A stretch of 62,459 bases of DNA, filler included, from Hausera hauseri (taxonomy: Eukaryota): the NCBI GenBank assembly GCA_046269625.1. It is 10 parts of 10 records of this genome, joined end to end, with 100 filler letters (N's around TTAATTAATTAA, not from the genome) between each part and the next. Parts side by side here need not be neighbours in the genome. Positions count along the whole stretch, not along the records: positions 38,546 to 44,039 come from JBJURY010242738.1; positions 44,140 to 48,882 come from JBJURY010453023.1; positions 48,983 to 55,533 come from JBJURY010087987.1; 7 more parts are not named here. One strand, written 5' to 3'. The position numbers and the translations under genes were made by a program. The notes below the pieces were generated by a model that saw only the letters and a program-made list of their open reading frames with translations, ran no database searches and was not told where the DNA came from. This document shows positions 38,657 through 49,819 of the stretch, piece after piece; position 1 is the stretch's first letter, and each line of letters starts with the position of its first letter.

Positions 38657-41600
38657 TTACTCCAAACGCCAATGTCCGTACACCAAACTCTTATTTCGCC
38701 CCACCCACTTACGCTTATTATCATTGCACGATAAAGAGACTTTTTTATTCGTTACGGTATAGAGCTGGTGCTCAATTGATCGGATGATCGTTTGAGACAC
38801 AACAACCTTTGATTTTCTTTCTTCTTTAGAGACACGGCGATAGTCATCGTGGTCGATTTTCGTCTGAGCCAATTGAACGCGGTCTTCGCTTTCATCCTTG
38901 AAGCAGTCGATTTTGTTGGTGATCGCGCTGCTGTGCAACGCATCATCCGGTGGGTAGTTGGACGTGTCCAGTAGTCCATCTGCCATCATTTTCTGGAGCA
39001 GCTGGTCGCGATTGACGTGCTTCGCTCAAGGAAAAAGCTGCCTGTGTCACCGGGAACGATGCTGATCTCACAACCTCCAAAAATTTGCCGGTAACGTGTT
39101 AAGTCGCGATACTGGAGCTTGTACATTCGCAACTTACTCAGGTCCAATACCACTTGTCCGATGTAACTTGCTTGGTCCAGTAGGACTTCTTCCCGGTCTA
39201 ACAGCACCGCAACCAATCCATCGGCAATGTATATTGACCGTCTGAACTGAGCCTTGATGGTGTACGTAACCAGCCGCAGTTTTTTTACTTTTGAGCCGGG
39301 CGGATAATGGCTGATTGGTGCACGCGTAATTCATCCAGAGCGTCATGCAACTCATCTGGTACCGAAAGATCGACTTCCATTAGGTCGCCGACTGAGCTGC
39401 TTTCTGTAGTGTTTGCTGCTGGCAGACTGTCCAGCAATATATTTAGTTCTTGTTTGCCCATTATCCATTCAAATGAACCGTACGGCAAGGGGTTGCAAAA
39501 CCGCCCAGCCGCACAGGTTATTAATATCGGTACACAACATTTACGTTGTATCGTCGGTTACGTGATGCTTGTTGACAAATGTCATGCCGCCACGAAAACC
39601 AACATCAAATAGTCGGTATATTTCCGGGTCTTGCAACAGCTCAATTTCCCTGTCCAGCAACATTAGTGCCGATGCCCAACTCATCCTCGGTATGGAGTAA
39701 AAGTTTAGCGGCTCCAGCCTATCTTCCACTAACTCCTTAGCACGAAATGTCTGAAACACATCGGCTAACAAGTACACATCCAGTTTCAGGTACTGCAGCA
39801 TGTACTCCAACATGTTTTTGCAGCCGAGCACTGTCCAGGCTTCCTGTGCTCTGTGGTACTCGTCCTATGTGATTCCGGCCCACTGTGGCGGCAATTCATC
39901 TGCTGTTTGAAGCCGCTCGTACGACACAGCAAAGTCATACGGGAATATGCCTTTGCTGCATACAATATGCACGGGAACTGCGTCAGTGTTAGCGGCACAT
40001 CCGGCATGGCATTTACGAGCTTTGCTAGAGACTCATTGAGGAACTGCAATGAGTCAAGATATCGTATGTGAAACCGGTTTATGCGTGACGATAAGGACAG
40101 GTAATTCTCCATCGTTGCTGGGATTATGGATAGCTCCCAGTGTGGAAATCCGTTAATGGCCAATTTCAGAATATGGTGATAGTCATAATCCCTGAAGTTA
40201 TGAAATATCACCGGCAGGAATGGCCGTGCCCGTCTTGCCAAATTGCATGAATTGTGCCCAAGTATCGACCAGTGAAATGATTATGATCCGGTACGAACCG
40301 TTCCTGTGCATCGAACGGCAGTATTTTGTGGCACAGGTAACATTCGTCAGTGGCTGCGAAAAGCAGTGGTTCATATTTGTCTGCTTAGACCAAGGGTTTA
40401 GTGCTATTATTCCAATACCACGGTAGATTTCCGTTTCCTCTATTGTCTCTAACTGATGCAGGAAATTATGGACACAGTTCCATCCGTATAAAACATAGTA
40501 TTGTGGTTGTCGATGGACTTTGATTGGCACAACCAGCAGGCCGACGACAATTGTGACATGCTTTTGGTCGCAGATATTGTGCCGTGGTAAAATTTCCTCG
40601 ATATCGGCATATACCACATATGCCGGACTGCCGATTTTTGACCAGTCAATGAATCTGAGTTCCTCTTTTTTGACTGGCATGACATACTTTTTGTTCCTGT
40701 TGCATTTTTTCTGCACAGCGCCACATGCTTTTCCCATATCTCTTCTGACCTAAAGCCATGAAAACATATGGGACACCATTTGCAGCATATGCGTTTTTGG
40801 ACAAACTGATCATGGTCCATTTTTAGTAATCTATTTAAATTTGTTACTTCCACATAATGAAAGTTTTCTGCATTCTCCAACAGCAACAAATTTACTGGTC
40901 GTCTATTTGGGTTCCGACTGAGGTAGGTTATGTCTACATGGGGATTTTTGTATATTTCTTCATCTGTTAGTATCTCTATTATTATGTTGTACCGGAACAC
41001 GTTCATTGTCAGTGTCGAATTACGCCGTTTAAAAGCCGGAATGGTTTTGAGTTTCATTGGCATCCAACATTCGTCGTAGTCCAATTCTGAGAAATACTTA
41101 CTATACTGCTTTGGACAATTTTCATGATGTCTGGACACATGATCATATTTCAATATAGCCAGAATGCTGTAAGTAAAGCAGTATTCATCGTTAGTATTTT
41201 TGAACATTCACTACCGCCAGAGAATGCTTCAAGGATGCAGGTGTCGGTTTGAATATACGTCCGGACAAGTAAATCATGTCACTCATCTTGGTCAGAATAA
41301 AGGCGAAAGTGACAATCTTTACAATTCGCCAGCCGCTGCCTTTTTCCGTATAGTTGGCGATTTTCTCATCGAGCTTTTCGCCAATGTCCTCAACAACGAA
41401 ATCTTCGGTATATGGCAAAGCTCGATGTGATAGGTACCATTGTTTCCTGTCACCTTGCACGTTTTCGAATTCTGCAAATGCATAATACTGCACTTTGCAG
41501 TTGTTGCGTTTGAATTTCCGCACTTCAACTTCCAGTCGGTTTCGCACACTGGACGTGACATGTCTCAATTGCATTGTTGTTGTCGTTGCCGCTGACATGT

Positions 41601-42243
41601 GCACGTACGATCTATTTAGATCGTACTTGACGGTAATGGGTGGTTCCTGCTGGTCATGTTGCTCCTGCTACTGATGCTTACTGCTGCTGCTTTGCGCGTA
41701 TTCGTCAAAGCTTGTGGATGCTTGACGTTTTCTACTGGTTGTTGTTGTTGTTATTGAGGGGATGCTTCTTTTTGTCGAGTCCATGACTAGTTGCTTTTTG
41801 GACCGCTTAAACTGGTTTAAGTGGTCCTTGTGTTGATTATAGAATTTCTCATAGTTGATTTGATGATCATCAACTATAGAACAACAACAACCGGGACAAA
41901 CATAGACGCTTTTACTGTGCAGCGTTGTGGTGATGCCATAGTACTGTTCCATTGCAGTATGGCAACCATCAACGTTATGCACTCTACTAGTACAGTATTG
42001 TGGGTATGTGGGGTAATGCTCAAGCATCTTCTTGGACCGCGTAAACGGCCCGAGATGAAGCTTGTGCATCTCGTAAAAGTCGGCGTATGGGCACTGGGTT
42101 GAAGTATTGCACGTTGGACATAGATATGTGTCCGTCCCCACAGCGTAATATTTCGCCATCTGCTGATGGCACTTCTCCTGATCTATGTGTATGCGTGATA
42201 TGCAATACAAGGGATAATGTTTGCATTTCTGAATGAGAACCAA
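38657..42243 (-). pseudogene. Protein-primed DNA polymerase B polyprotein (Cys/His domain, terminal-protein/vOTU-like region, Exo with EndoVII-like insert, Pol), decayed, subfamily A
   Basis: KGSGW, NDEYCF, YADIE (ExoI), VIFHNFRDYD, YLDSLQFL..SLAKLV, YLKLDVYLLADVFQTFR, RGGMTFV, GDTGSFF, LDTSNY, FKDE; internal deletions. Confidence 0.9.
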
Positions 42244-42785
42244 ATTAAAGTAAGCGTAAAATGCAATATATATGTATATTAACTTATTAATAGTTTAAAT
42301 TAAAATAAAACACTACTTCTATGGTGGGGTGGGATGGTGATGGTAGTGGTCTAAGGGCGACTATAAATATTTGTCAATCAATGTCACAAGTAAACGAGAG
42401 ATGAAAGAGTACATAGAAAGTAAGATTCAGAGATTGACCTATGACATTTTGACCGGCCATGTGTTTGATGTTCAGTACATATGTGAGCTGTCAGAAACGA
42501 GAATAATGAGCAGGCGAGAATATATTGAATTAAGTCAGATCTCTGTTCGTAAAACGTATAGAGGATGAAATGAGACAAAAACGACAAAAACGACGACGAA
42601 TTAATTTCCTCATTGGACTTGTATTTACTGTTTCGCTTTGTATTGTAATAAAAAAGTTGATTGACCGTATTTAATCACAAATATATAATTTCGCTACGTA
42701 TTTGTTTTTATTGTGTGTGTGTGTGTTCAAGCTACATTGCAGTATAAATACTTGTGCTTCTTCTTTCTTTCCGTAAGATTATACA

Positions 42786-43037
42786 ATGTCTCACTTGACG
42801 ACACAAGTAATTAGCTTATACCACTCATTCGACGGTCTCCGGAACAACCTGTACAATCTCTATCGACCTTTGGACAGTGCTCAATATTTGCCGCCGGAAG
42901 AGCTACTTCTACTTGCTGAGCAGAATTGGAGGGCACGAGAACCCCACTTACGCCATATGAAGCAAATTGTTGGTGATATGGAATTTTTATTCCGTAAGAT
43001 TTTTTGCACATGGAAAAATGACGACGTTGGACGATAA
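42786..43037 (+). CDS. Small hypothetical protein of the pPolB element (divergent from polB)
   Basis: TATAAATA at ~42743, ATG start, overlaps the next small ORF (43017-43245); followed by AATAAA. Confidence 0.35.
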   Translation: MSHLTTQVISLYHSFDGLRNNLYNLYRPLDSAQYLPPEELLLLAEQNWRAREPHLRHMKQIVGDMEFLFRKIFCTWKNDDVGR

Positions 43038-43334
43038 TCCTCGTCAAGTACGTCAATTTATGACCAATTTTGTCAAACGTGGTAGCAGTGGTAGTCAGAC
43101 GGATTACATTCCTACGTGGCAGTCAGCAAATGAAATTTGCTTGAAGCAATATTGCAATATGATTAATTCCGATAGTCTCGATCATTCTTCTTCTTCTTCT
43201 TCTTCGGAATTGGTTAATCCCTTTGGTTTGTGTAATCCGAATTGACTCGACGAACGAATTAGTAGCAGTAGCAGTACTTGTACAAAAAAAATAAAAGTTT
43301 GATGTAAACTTTGTTTTTTCGTTACTCAAAACGA

Positions 43335-44039
43335 TCATTATAGCGAGGTAGGTGGGAAAAGGTGTCCAAAAACTAGGTCAAACAAAAAATGTTTGTTATA
43401 GTCAGATAGGTGGGGAAATGGTGTTTTCCTGAAAATAGGTCACAAAAATTTTTCAAAAATTTGTTATAATCAGATATGTGGGGAAATGTGGTTGTCCGAA
43501 AACTAGGTTATAAAATTTTCAAAAATTTGTTATATAGTCAGATAGGAGGGGAAATGATGTTGTCTGGAACTAGGTTATTCCAAAAATTTTTCCGACTCAA
43601 CTCATCTTACTAAATCTAAATATGCTGGTGTCTCGAACTAGGTCATTCCAAAAATTCTTCCGACTCAACTCATCTTACTGAGTCTAAATATGCAGGTGTC
43701 CAAAAATTTTTCCGACTCACTTCACATTACTGATTTCAAATATGCAGGTGTCCAGAACTGGGTCAGTCCAAAAGTTTTTTCGACCCAACTCACCTTGCTG
43801 AGTTCAAATATGCAGGTGTCCAGAACTAGATCAGTCTAAAAAATTTTTCGACTCAACTCACCTTACTGTATCTAAATATGCAAGTGTCCAGATCTGGGTC
43901 AGTCCAAAAATTTTTTCGACTCAACTCACCTTGCTGAGTTCAAATTAGTAGATGTCCAGAACTAGGTCAGTCTAAAAAATTTTCCGACCCAACTCACTTT
44001 GCTGAGTTCAAATATGCAGGTGTCCAGAACTGGGTCAGT
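43335..44039. repeat. 68-bp-period tandem arrays (two related sub-arrays), probable subterminal repeats of the pPolB element
   Basis: GGTGTCCAGAACT-like motif at 43747, 43815, 43883, 43951, 44019; TAGGTGGGGAAAT-like motif at 43407, 43475, 43543. Confidence 0.9.
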
Positions 44040-44160
44040 NNNNNNNNNNNNNNNNNNNNNNNNNNNNNNNNNNNNNNNNNNNNTTAATTAATTAANNNNN
44101 NNNNNNNNNNNNNNNNNNNNNNNNNNNNNNNNNNNNNNNCAAGGTGAAGCCGCCGCGCCG

Positions 44161-44220
44161 CGTAGCCGCCGACGTGAGGAGGCGGACTCGACACCCCAGC
44201 GCCGGAATCCGCCTCCTCAC
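44161..44220 (+). repeat. GTAG-type REP palindrome
   Basis: CGTAGCCGCCGACGTGAGGAGGCGGA...TCCGCCTCCTCAC; exact inverted copy of the first arm at 47857-47882. Confidence 0.7.
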
Positions 44221-44347
44221 AGGAGCGCGGCATTCAAGACGCAGGAAGGTTCGCACAATGCAGCGCATACCTAAATCCTCTGATTGGCGAACCATCCTGC
44301 GGAATGAAACCCAAGCCCAAGTGCATCTTGCAAGACACCGTTAATGT

Positions 44348-44722
44348 TCAATCGCACGGGCCCGTCCCGACCACTTCCGTGTATTCCTCTAAAGTCACAG
44401 CATCCGCAACCTCATCACCACCAACACATTCATGATAAAGAGAAAGATACCGCCCAGCGACAGGTAAACAATTTCCACCCGTCATTGGCGTTACAGTAGT
44501 TGAACGTAATTCTCCATACACACAGCTCTCGCCTGACCGAAATGTGGAGGAATCACATACGGTCTTAGCAGGTGAATACGCCGTGTAAGAACAAGGATTG
44601 GAGCTGCACGTTGCTCCAGTTTTTTCCACCGATCTCGCGCTCTCATAGCATGCCAACCCATACGAGATGCATGTTGTTAAGGCTAGAACGCACGCCGTCC
44701 GCATTTTATTTGTTGTCTTCAT
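44348..44722 (-). CDS. Secreted Cys-rich protein (signal peptide + 8 Cys in mature part)
   Basis: MKTTNKMRTACVLALTTCISYGLA-CYE...PCD; start overlaps or abuts the upstream stop. Confidence 0.7.
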   Translation of the reverse strand: MKTTNKMRTACVLALTTCISYGLACYESARSVEKTGATCSSNPCSYTAYSPAKTVCDSSTFRSGESCVYGELRSTTVTPMTGGNCLPVAGRYLSLYHECVGGDEVADAVTLEEYTEVVGTGPCD

Positions 44723-45785
44723 GTTTGTTTTGTTTACTTGAGCGGCGCCTCGCAGCCACACAGGTGACTGCAATTGGAGGCACCACAAAAAGGATTATCA
44801 AAATCGTCAGAAGAGCGCGGCCATTATGCGCACTCTCCCGCTTCTTGTCGCTGTTACTAGCAGCCAAACGCTGCGCAAACTGTCTCGCTTTGATCATCGT
44901 TGGACTGTTGGATTCAGGTATGGCGTAATTAGTGATTGATTTTATTGTAATCGGATTCTTCTCACGATAATCACCGAGATCTGTCACATTAGTCATTGCA
45001 GAAAATACTTTGCTGCCATGTAGGACTATGTTCGTCAGCACTCCTACGGTGTGCATCATAAATCCAGACTCACCATTTAACGCTGCTTTTTCTGCCGGAT
45101 GAAATTTCCTCAATTCAAACCGCGATGGAAAATCAAATCCAGATATGTTTGTCTTCTCAAGAACCGAATAGCGGCATTGCAGATATTCTGTTAATTTTTG
45201 CCCTGCTGAAGGCTCCCCGCTAGGTTGAAACGTGATTCCTATTGGATTGATGGAATATATAGAAACCGATTCTGGAAGCCCCCCGTTCTGCATCAACTTC
45301 CATTCGCCACGGCCCTTGATTGGCTTATTTCCGATGCCCAGCCCAGCCATCACCTCCATTTGTGTGTTTGTCTTGTTCCGGAAATACTCGGCTGTGCCCA
45401 AGCCCATGCAGGCTGCTTCCACTCTGGTTGACCTGGTTAATACATAATGCGCCGGTATAATGGACCCGGCAGCTTTATTGACCGTTCTTGCCTTTGAGAA
45501 GTTAACAAATGACACGACGTATTCCCCATTGTATGCGTCAACAAATGTATTCTCACTGCCAGCTCCCGAAGCTTTCATTGAGACAGCTTCCCATGTGTTA
45601 TTGCTGACACTGATTTCAAAGATTGATTCTGACTGCAAAGTCATATTTGATTCATACAAATACAGTCTAGAATTGATAATTCCCTGCGCAGTAAAGTGCG
45701 TTAAATTTACGGCATCTGCTGCCAGGCATCCAATGCATACTGCAAGCATCGTCAGCAGCACTCCAACACTCTGCAACATGTGCAT
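44706..45785 (-). CDS. Exported protein with signal peptide and C-terminal membrane anchor
   Basis: MLQSVGVLLTMLAVCIGCLA signal; ALLTILIILFVVPPIAVTCVAARRR anchor with basic tail. Confidence 0.7.
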   Translation of the reverse strand: MHMLQSVGVLLTMLAVCIGCLAADAVNLTHFTAQGIINSRLYLYESNMTLQSESIFEISVSNNTWEAVSMKASGAGSENTFVDAYNGEYVVSFVNFSKARTVNKAAGSIIPAHYVLTRSTRVEAACMGLGTAEYFRNKTNTQMEVMAGLGIGNKPIKGRGEWKLMQNGGLPESVSIYSINPIGITFQPSGEPSAGQKLTEYLQCRYSVLEKTNISGFDFPSRFELRKFHPAEKAALNGESGFMMHTVGVLTNIVLHGSKVFSAMTNVTDLGDYREKNPITIKSITNYAIPESNSPTMIKARQFAQRLAASNSDKKRESAHNGRALLTILIILFVVPPIAVTCVAARRRSSKQNKHEDNK

Positions 45786-45816
45786 TGTTGCGTTAATAGG
45801 TAAACAGCATTTCATG

Positions 45817-46308
45817 TTATGTGCGCTGAAATCGATCAATGAAACTTGTCTTTATTAGTCCTGCCGTGGATCCGATCAGCAAAAATAATACAATCATCGT
45901 TGCGGCGGTGTTTTTAACATTATCACTCACGCCTATCCACTGCCACCATGTTCCCAAACAAGCGCACTCACCTTTATAGCCAATTACTTTCAGCGACACG
46001 CGATAAAATCCTGCTACTGATGAAAACCACAATAAAGCTGTTAGTTGCAACAGCACAGATCTTCTCTTGTAGTAGGCCACGGTTAAAAGCACCAATACCT
46101 CCATTGCAATCGCGCAGATCATTACTGTTTTGTTGGTGGCAAACTTAAACAGTGGATCCGAGTTATTCATATAGGCGTTTGTTGGCTGGAATAGGCTGGC
46201 CAACTTGAAAGCCGCCGTCAGTGCAATGAGTGCGGACGCCACTGTGATGAACCCATTTGTAAATCCATCACCTGCGTGTTTTTGATTATCTTCCACGCTC
46301 ATTGTCAT
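45817..46308 (-). CDS. MauE/DoxX-family membrane protein
   Basis: About four hydrophobic helices, TAAFKL, DPLF, AMEVLV and the CACLG motif (MauE CxCxG). Confidence 0.75.
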   Translation of the reverse strand: MTMSVEDNQKHAGDGFTNGFITVASALIALTAAFKLASLFQPTNAYMNNSDPLFKFATNKTVMICAIAMEVLVLLTVAYYKRRSVLLQLTALLWFSSVAGFYRVSLKVIGYKGECACLGTWWQWIGVSDNVKNTAATMIVLFLLIGSTAGLIKTSFIDRFQRT

Positions 46309-46438
46309 TTCTCATACCCCAATCACCGTGACCGTCACGATGTCGCTTCATTGTCTCATCTGGCCTCACCCCGGTGGTAGGCGGCCTTGTAGCACCAACT
46401 GTTGTTCCCTCGTGTGTTCATGGCGTGCTTCATCGCCT

Positions 46439-47128
46439 TCAGGCTTGTGCCAGCGGGGCGTTGTAGGTGGCCTGGCGGATGCCGGAGCCGTAGTTCACGC
46501 GCACGAGCAGGGTCTGCGGGCCGGTGAGGGCGGCGGGCACCAGCACCAGCAGGGTGCCCTCGGTGCAGGTCAGGTAGCGCGTGGCGCGCGTCTCCACTCC
46601 CGCCGCGTTCTTCAGGAAGACGCCCTGTGTGGCGTCCGCCGGGTCCAGCTTCAGGTCGTGGCCGGTCAGGCGCAGGGCGTCCCCGGGGGTGTAGCTGTTG
46701 GGCGTGGGGCTGGCCTCGTTGCGCACCAGTTCCAGCTCCGGCAGGCGTTCGGTGTCAATCCCGGTGCGGTCCAGGGTGAGTCCCGCCTGGAACTGGCCCT
46801 GGAGTTCGCTGCTGGCGTAGAGGTTCAGGCTGGGGCCGATGTCGGCGGCGGAGAGGCTCTGCTCCGGGTCGTCCACGGTGCCGCCGCTGGAGAGGCCCAT
46901 GCGGAAGAGGCCAAAGAGCGGCTCGCTGGGGCGGGTCTGCTGGGCGGCGTTCACGAGGATGCGCCGGAGGTTGGAGAGCACGCTGCGGATGTCCCCCTCG
47001 GAGATGGCGGAGGCGTGGACGAGTTCCTCGATGACCTCCCCTTCCGTGAGGGGCGGGGCCAGATCGGGCCGGGTGGTGTAGGGGTGCGCGCCGAGGTGGC
47101 TGGGCTTGATGCGGTAGCGGAAGGGCAT
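46439..47128 (-). CDS. HU/IHF-like DNA-binding protein with C-terminal Ig-like (DUF4469-type) domain
   Basis: HU-like helices and GLFRMGLSSGG arm; YTPGDALRLTGHDLKLDPAD..QGVFL Ig-like domain; GC3-rich codons. Confidence 0.7.
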   Translation of the reverse strand: MPFRYRIKPSHLGAHPYTTRPDLAPPLTEGEVIEELVHASAISEGDIRSVLSNLRRILVNAAQQTRPSEPLFGLFRMGLSSGGTVDDPEQSLSAADIGPSLNLYASSELQGQFQAGLTLDRTGIDTERLPELELVRNEASPTPNSYTPGDALRLTGHDLKLDPADATQGVFLKNAAGVETRATRYLTCTEGTLLVLVPAALTGPQTLLVRVNYGSGIRQATYNAPLAQA

Positions 47129-47579
47129 GGGGTGGAGGTTTCAGGTTTCAGGTTTCAGATTTGAGATGGGAGGAAGCTGCTGCGGACGTCCGTGCTCCGG
47201 CAGCCGTGTGAGGGAATTTTTGCAGGGCAGTCTGGCGGCTTTTCCAGCCGTGTCCGGCGTCCGATCCCGGCGTGTTGGGGAAGGATTCATGCCGTGTCTG
47301 CCCCTCCCACACGGCGTGTTGGACGGGCAGACACGGTTGGGAAGGCAGCGAACCCAGTCCTGAAATGTTCCCGCTACCCGCGCAGAACTGTCCCATAACG
47401 GGACGAATGCGGGGGGGGGGTATAAAAACGGGACACGACTCCCGCCCATTCCGGGCCGGGGCAGAAGAAAGGCACTCTGGTGTCGGTCTCTCTTCATGCG
47501 CTAGGTGTGGCGCACGACATACCCGCTCCCTGTGGCAATGTCAAGTGTGCTGGCTGTGCCATTTCCGTTTCGGGAGCAT

Positions 47580-47752
47580 TTCAACCCGAATTCCGAAACA
47601 GGCCTCACGCAAAGGCGCGAAGGCGCGAAGAAGAAAAGGCTTCCGTTGGACAGTGCCCTGAAAAACAGCCGCCATCGGCCTTCAGGAGAAAACCGCTCCC
47701 TTTTGCGCCTTTGCGCCTTTGCGTGAGGTTTCATTTAGGAAGTCGGGTCAAA
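47580..47752. repeat. REP-like inverted repeat pair
   Basis: CTCACGCAAAGGCGCGAAGGCGCGAAG (47604) mirrored by TTTGCGCCTTTGCGCCTTTGCGTGAG (~47702). Confidence 0.7.
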
Positions 47753-47888
47753 ACCCCACCCACTGAGGGCACCGGGCCTGCAAGCGGGATATTGCGTCCG
47801 GTTCCTGCAGGCCGCGTGCCCCACGCGGCGTTCCGGCGGGTCTTGAAAGAACCTCATCCGCCTCCTCACGTCGGCGGCTACGGGGCGG

Positions 47889-48882
47889 CTACCTGCCTCC
47901 GGGGAGGTAATACTTCTCGGAGTATTCCTGCACCATGCGCCAGGTGCTGTATTGGGCGGCGAGGGTGCGGAGGGAGTGGCGGATGCGGGCGATCCACTGG
48001 CGGGGGATGCCCTGGGCGTCGCGGTTGAAGAAGGAGGGGATGACTTCCTGGGTGAGGGCGCGGTAGAGGTTCTCGCTGTCGCGGCGATCCTGTTCCTCGA
48101 TGTTGTCGGGGTGGGTGTCGTCGCCGATGGAGAAGCCGTTCTGGCCGTCGTAGCCTTCGCGCCACCAGCCGTCCATGATGCTGAGGTTGAGGCCGCCGTG
48201 GGAGGTGGTCTTCATGCCGCTGGTGCCGCTGGCTTCGAGGGGGCGGCGGGGATTGTTCAGCCAGATGTCGCAGCCGCCGACCATCTGGCGGGCGACGTGG
48301 ATGTCGTAGTTCTCGATGAAGACGAGGTGGCCTTTGAGGGCGCTGAATTTGCTGAGGTGAATGACTTTCTGGATGAAGGCCTTGCCGTGGTCGTCGCGGG
48401 GGTGGGCCTTGCCGGCGAAGATGAACTGCACGGGGCGGGCGGCGTCTTTGACGAGCTGCACGACTTCATCGAAGCGGTCGAAGATGAGCGGGGCGCGCTT
48501 GTAGGTGGCGAAGCGGCGGGCGAAGCCGATGGTGAGGGCGTCGGGATTGAGGAAGGCGTCGAAGGTGATGAAGTCCCCGGCGCTGATGCGATGGCCCTGG
48601 ATGAGCAGGCGGCGGCGGGCGAACTCAATGAGTTCGCGGCGGAGGCGGTAGCGCAAGGCCCACAGTTCCTCGTCGGAAAGCAGGTCGGGATCGGTGACGC
48701 GCGCCCAGAATTCGGGCGTGTTCGCGCCTTCGATCCAGGCGAGGCCGTCCTTGCCGGGGTGCAGTTCGTTGAACTTGCGCCGCCAGAAGCGCCGCACGGT
48801 GCCCTTCATCCAGCCGACGAGGTGGACGCCGTTGGTGATGTGGCCGATGGGCACGTCCTTCGCCTCGGCCTTGCCGAAGAAG
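47889..48882 (-). CDS. glgP: Alpha-glucan (glycogen) phosphorylase, 5' truncated, bacterial
   Basis: ITNGVH, TIGFARRFATYKRA, FAGKAHPRD, WLNNPRRPLEASGTSGMK (PLP lysine motif), DGWW. Confidence 0.96.
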
Positions 48883-49819
48883 NNNNNNNNNNNNNNNNNN
48901 NNNNNNNNNNNNNNNNNNNNNNNNNNTTAATTAATTAANNNNNNNNNNNNNNNNNNNNNNNNNNNNNNNNNNNNNNNNNNNNCATCAGTTTCATCTGGAC
49001 TTCTTTTTCAGTTTCTGTCTCCACTGACTGTTTGCACATTTCCTTGAGTGAACTTTTATCTTTTCTCAAGAGAACAATCATTCTGCACTGCTGCTCAATC
49101 ACTTTTTTTAATGAGCCAACTGTTCATGGATATTTTCAATTTCTTTTCGCATGTCAGTCAATCGTCTACGCATATCATCAACATCATCATTCTTCCTTTT
49201 TGCATTCACTTCAAATCTTCGGTTTAAATTGATATGAAGATCTGGGTTGGACGTTGCCATCAATTCTGTCGTTTGTATTTTTTCTCCTGGCTGCAATTTC
49301 ATTTTTAATCTGCTTACCCTGCGCCTGTCATTTTCCTTCTGTCATTTTGTGATCAGGTGATCTTTAATAATAATACGTTCTTATGTATTATTTGCATCTT
49401 CCTCTGCTTTCTTCAACTTTTCCTGCTGCTGCTTTGTCATTCTGACTTGCATACTTGTTGGAGTAATTATCCTGTTTATTGGTTTGTTTTTATCCATTGC
49501 AGGTTCAGCAAACTTCGGCTTTTTTCAACTGGTTCGTACTCGTCATCAGATTGTGTTAGCTCTATATCTTTTCGGAGCTGGCCGTATGAGGACACTGAAA
49601 CGCTTTCGTCGAGATCAACTGATTTTGTCGGGTCAGTTTCAGCCGCCGCCACAATCAATTCATGAGTTAAATTTCCGTTATGGATATACATGGGAATATC
49701 CTTTGGAATGTTCATGTGATATTCATTGTCTGTTTGCTGCTGTTGTTATTGTCGCTCCACTTCCAAGCCGACAACGATCATTTTTTGTTTGTCTTCTTCG
49801 GAAATCCTGATTTTCGACA

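Noticed and set aside
43335-44039. Possible CRISPR array
   Set aside because: Whole units are repeated with no unique spacers; eukaryotic context; no cas genes
46328-48938. Long plus-strand ORFs 46328-47164 and 47952-48938 and overlapping short ORFs at 47127-48165
   Set aside because: Antisense shadows of GC-rich genes or translations of REP sequences
48983-49810. Fragmentary charged ORFs on the minus strand
   Set aside because: Multiple stops and no recognisable domain
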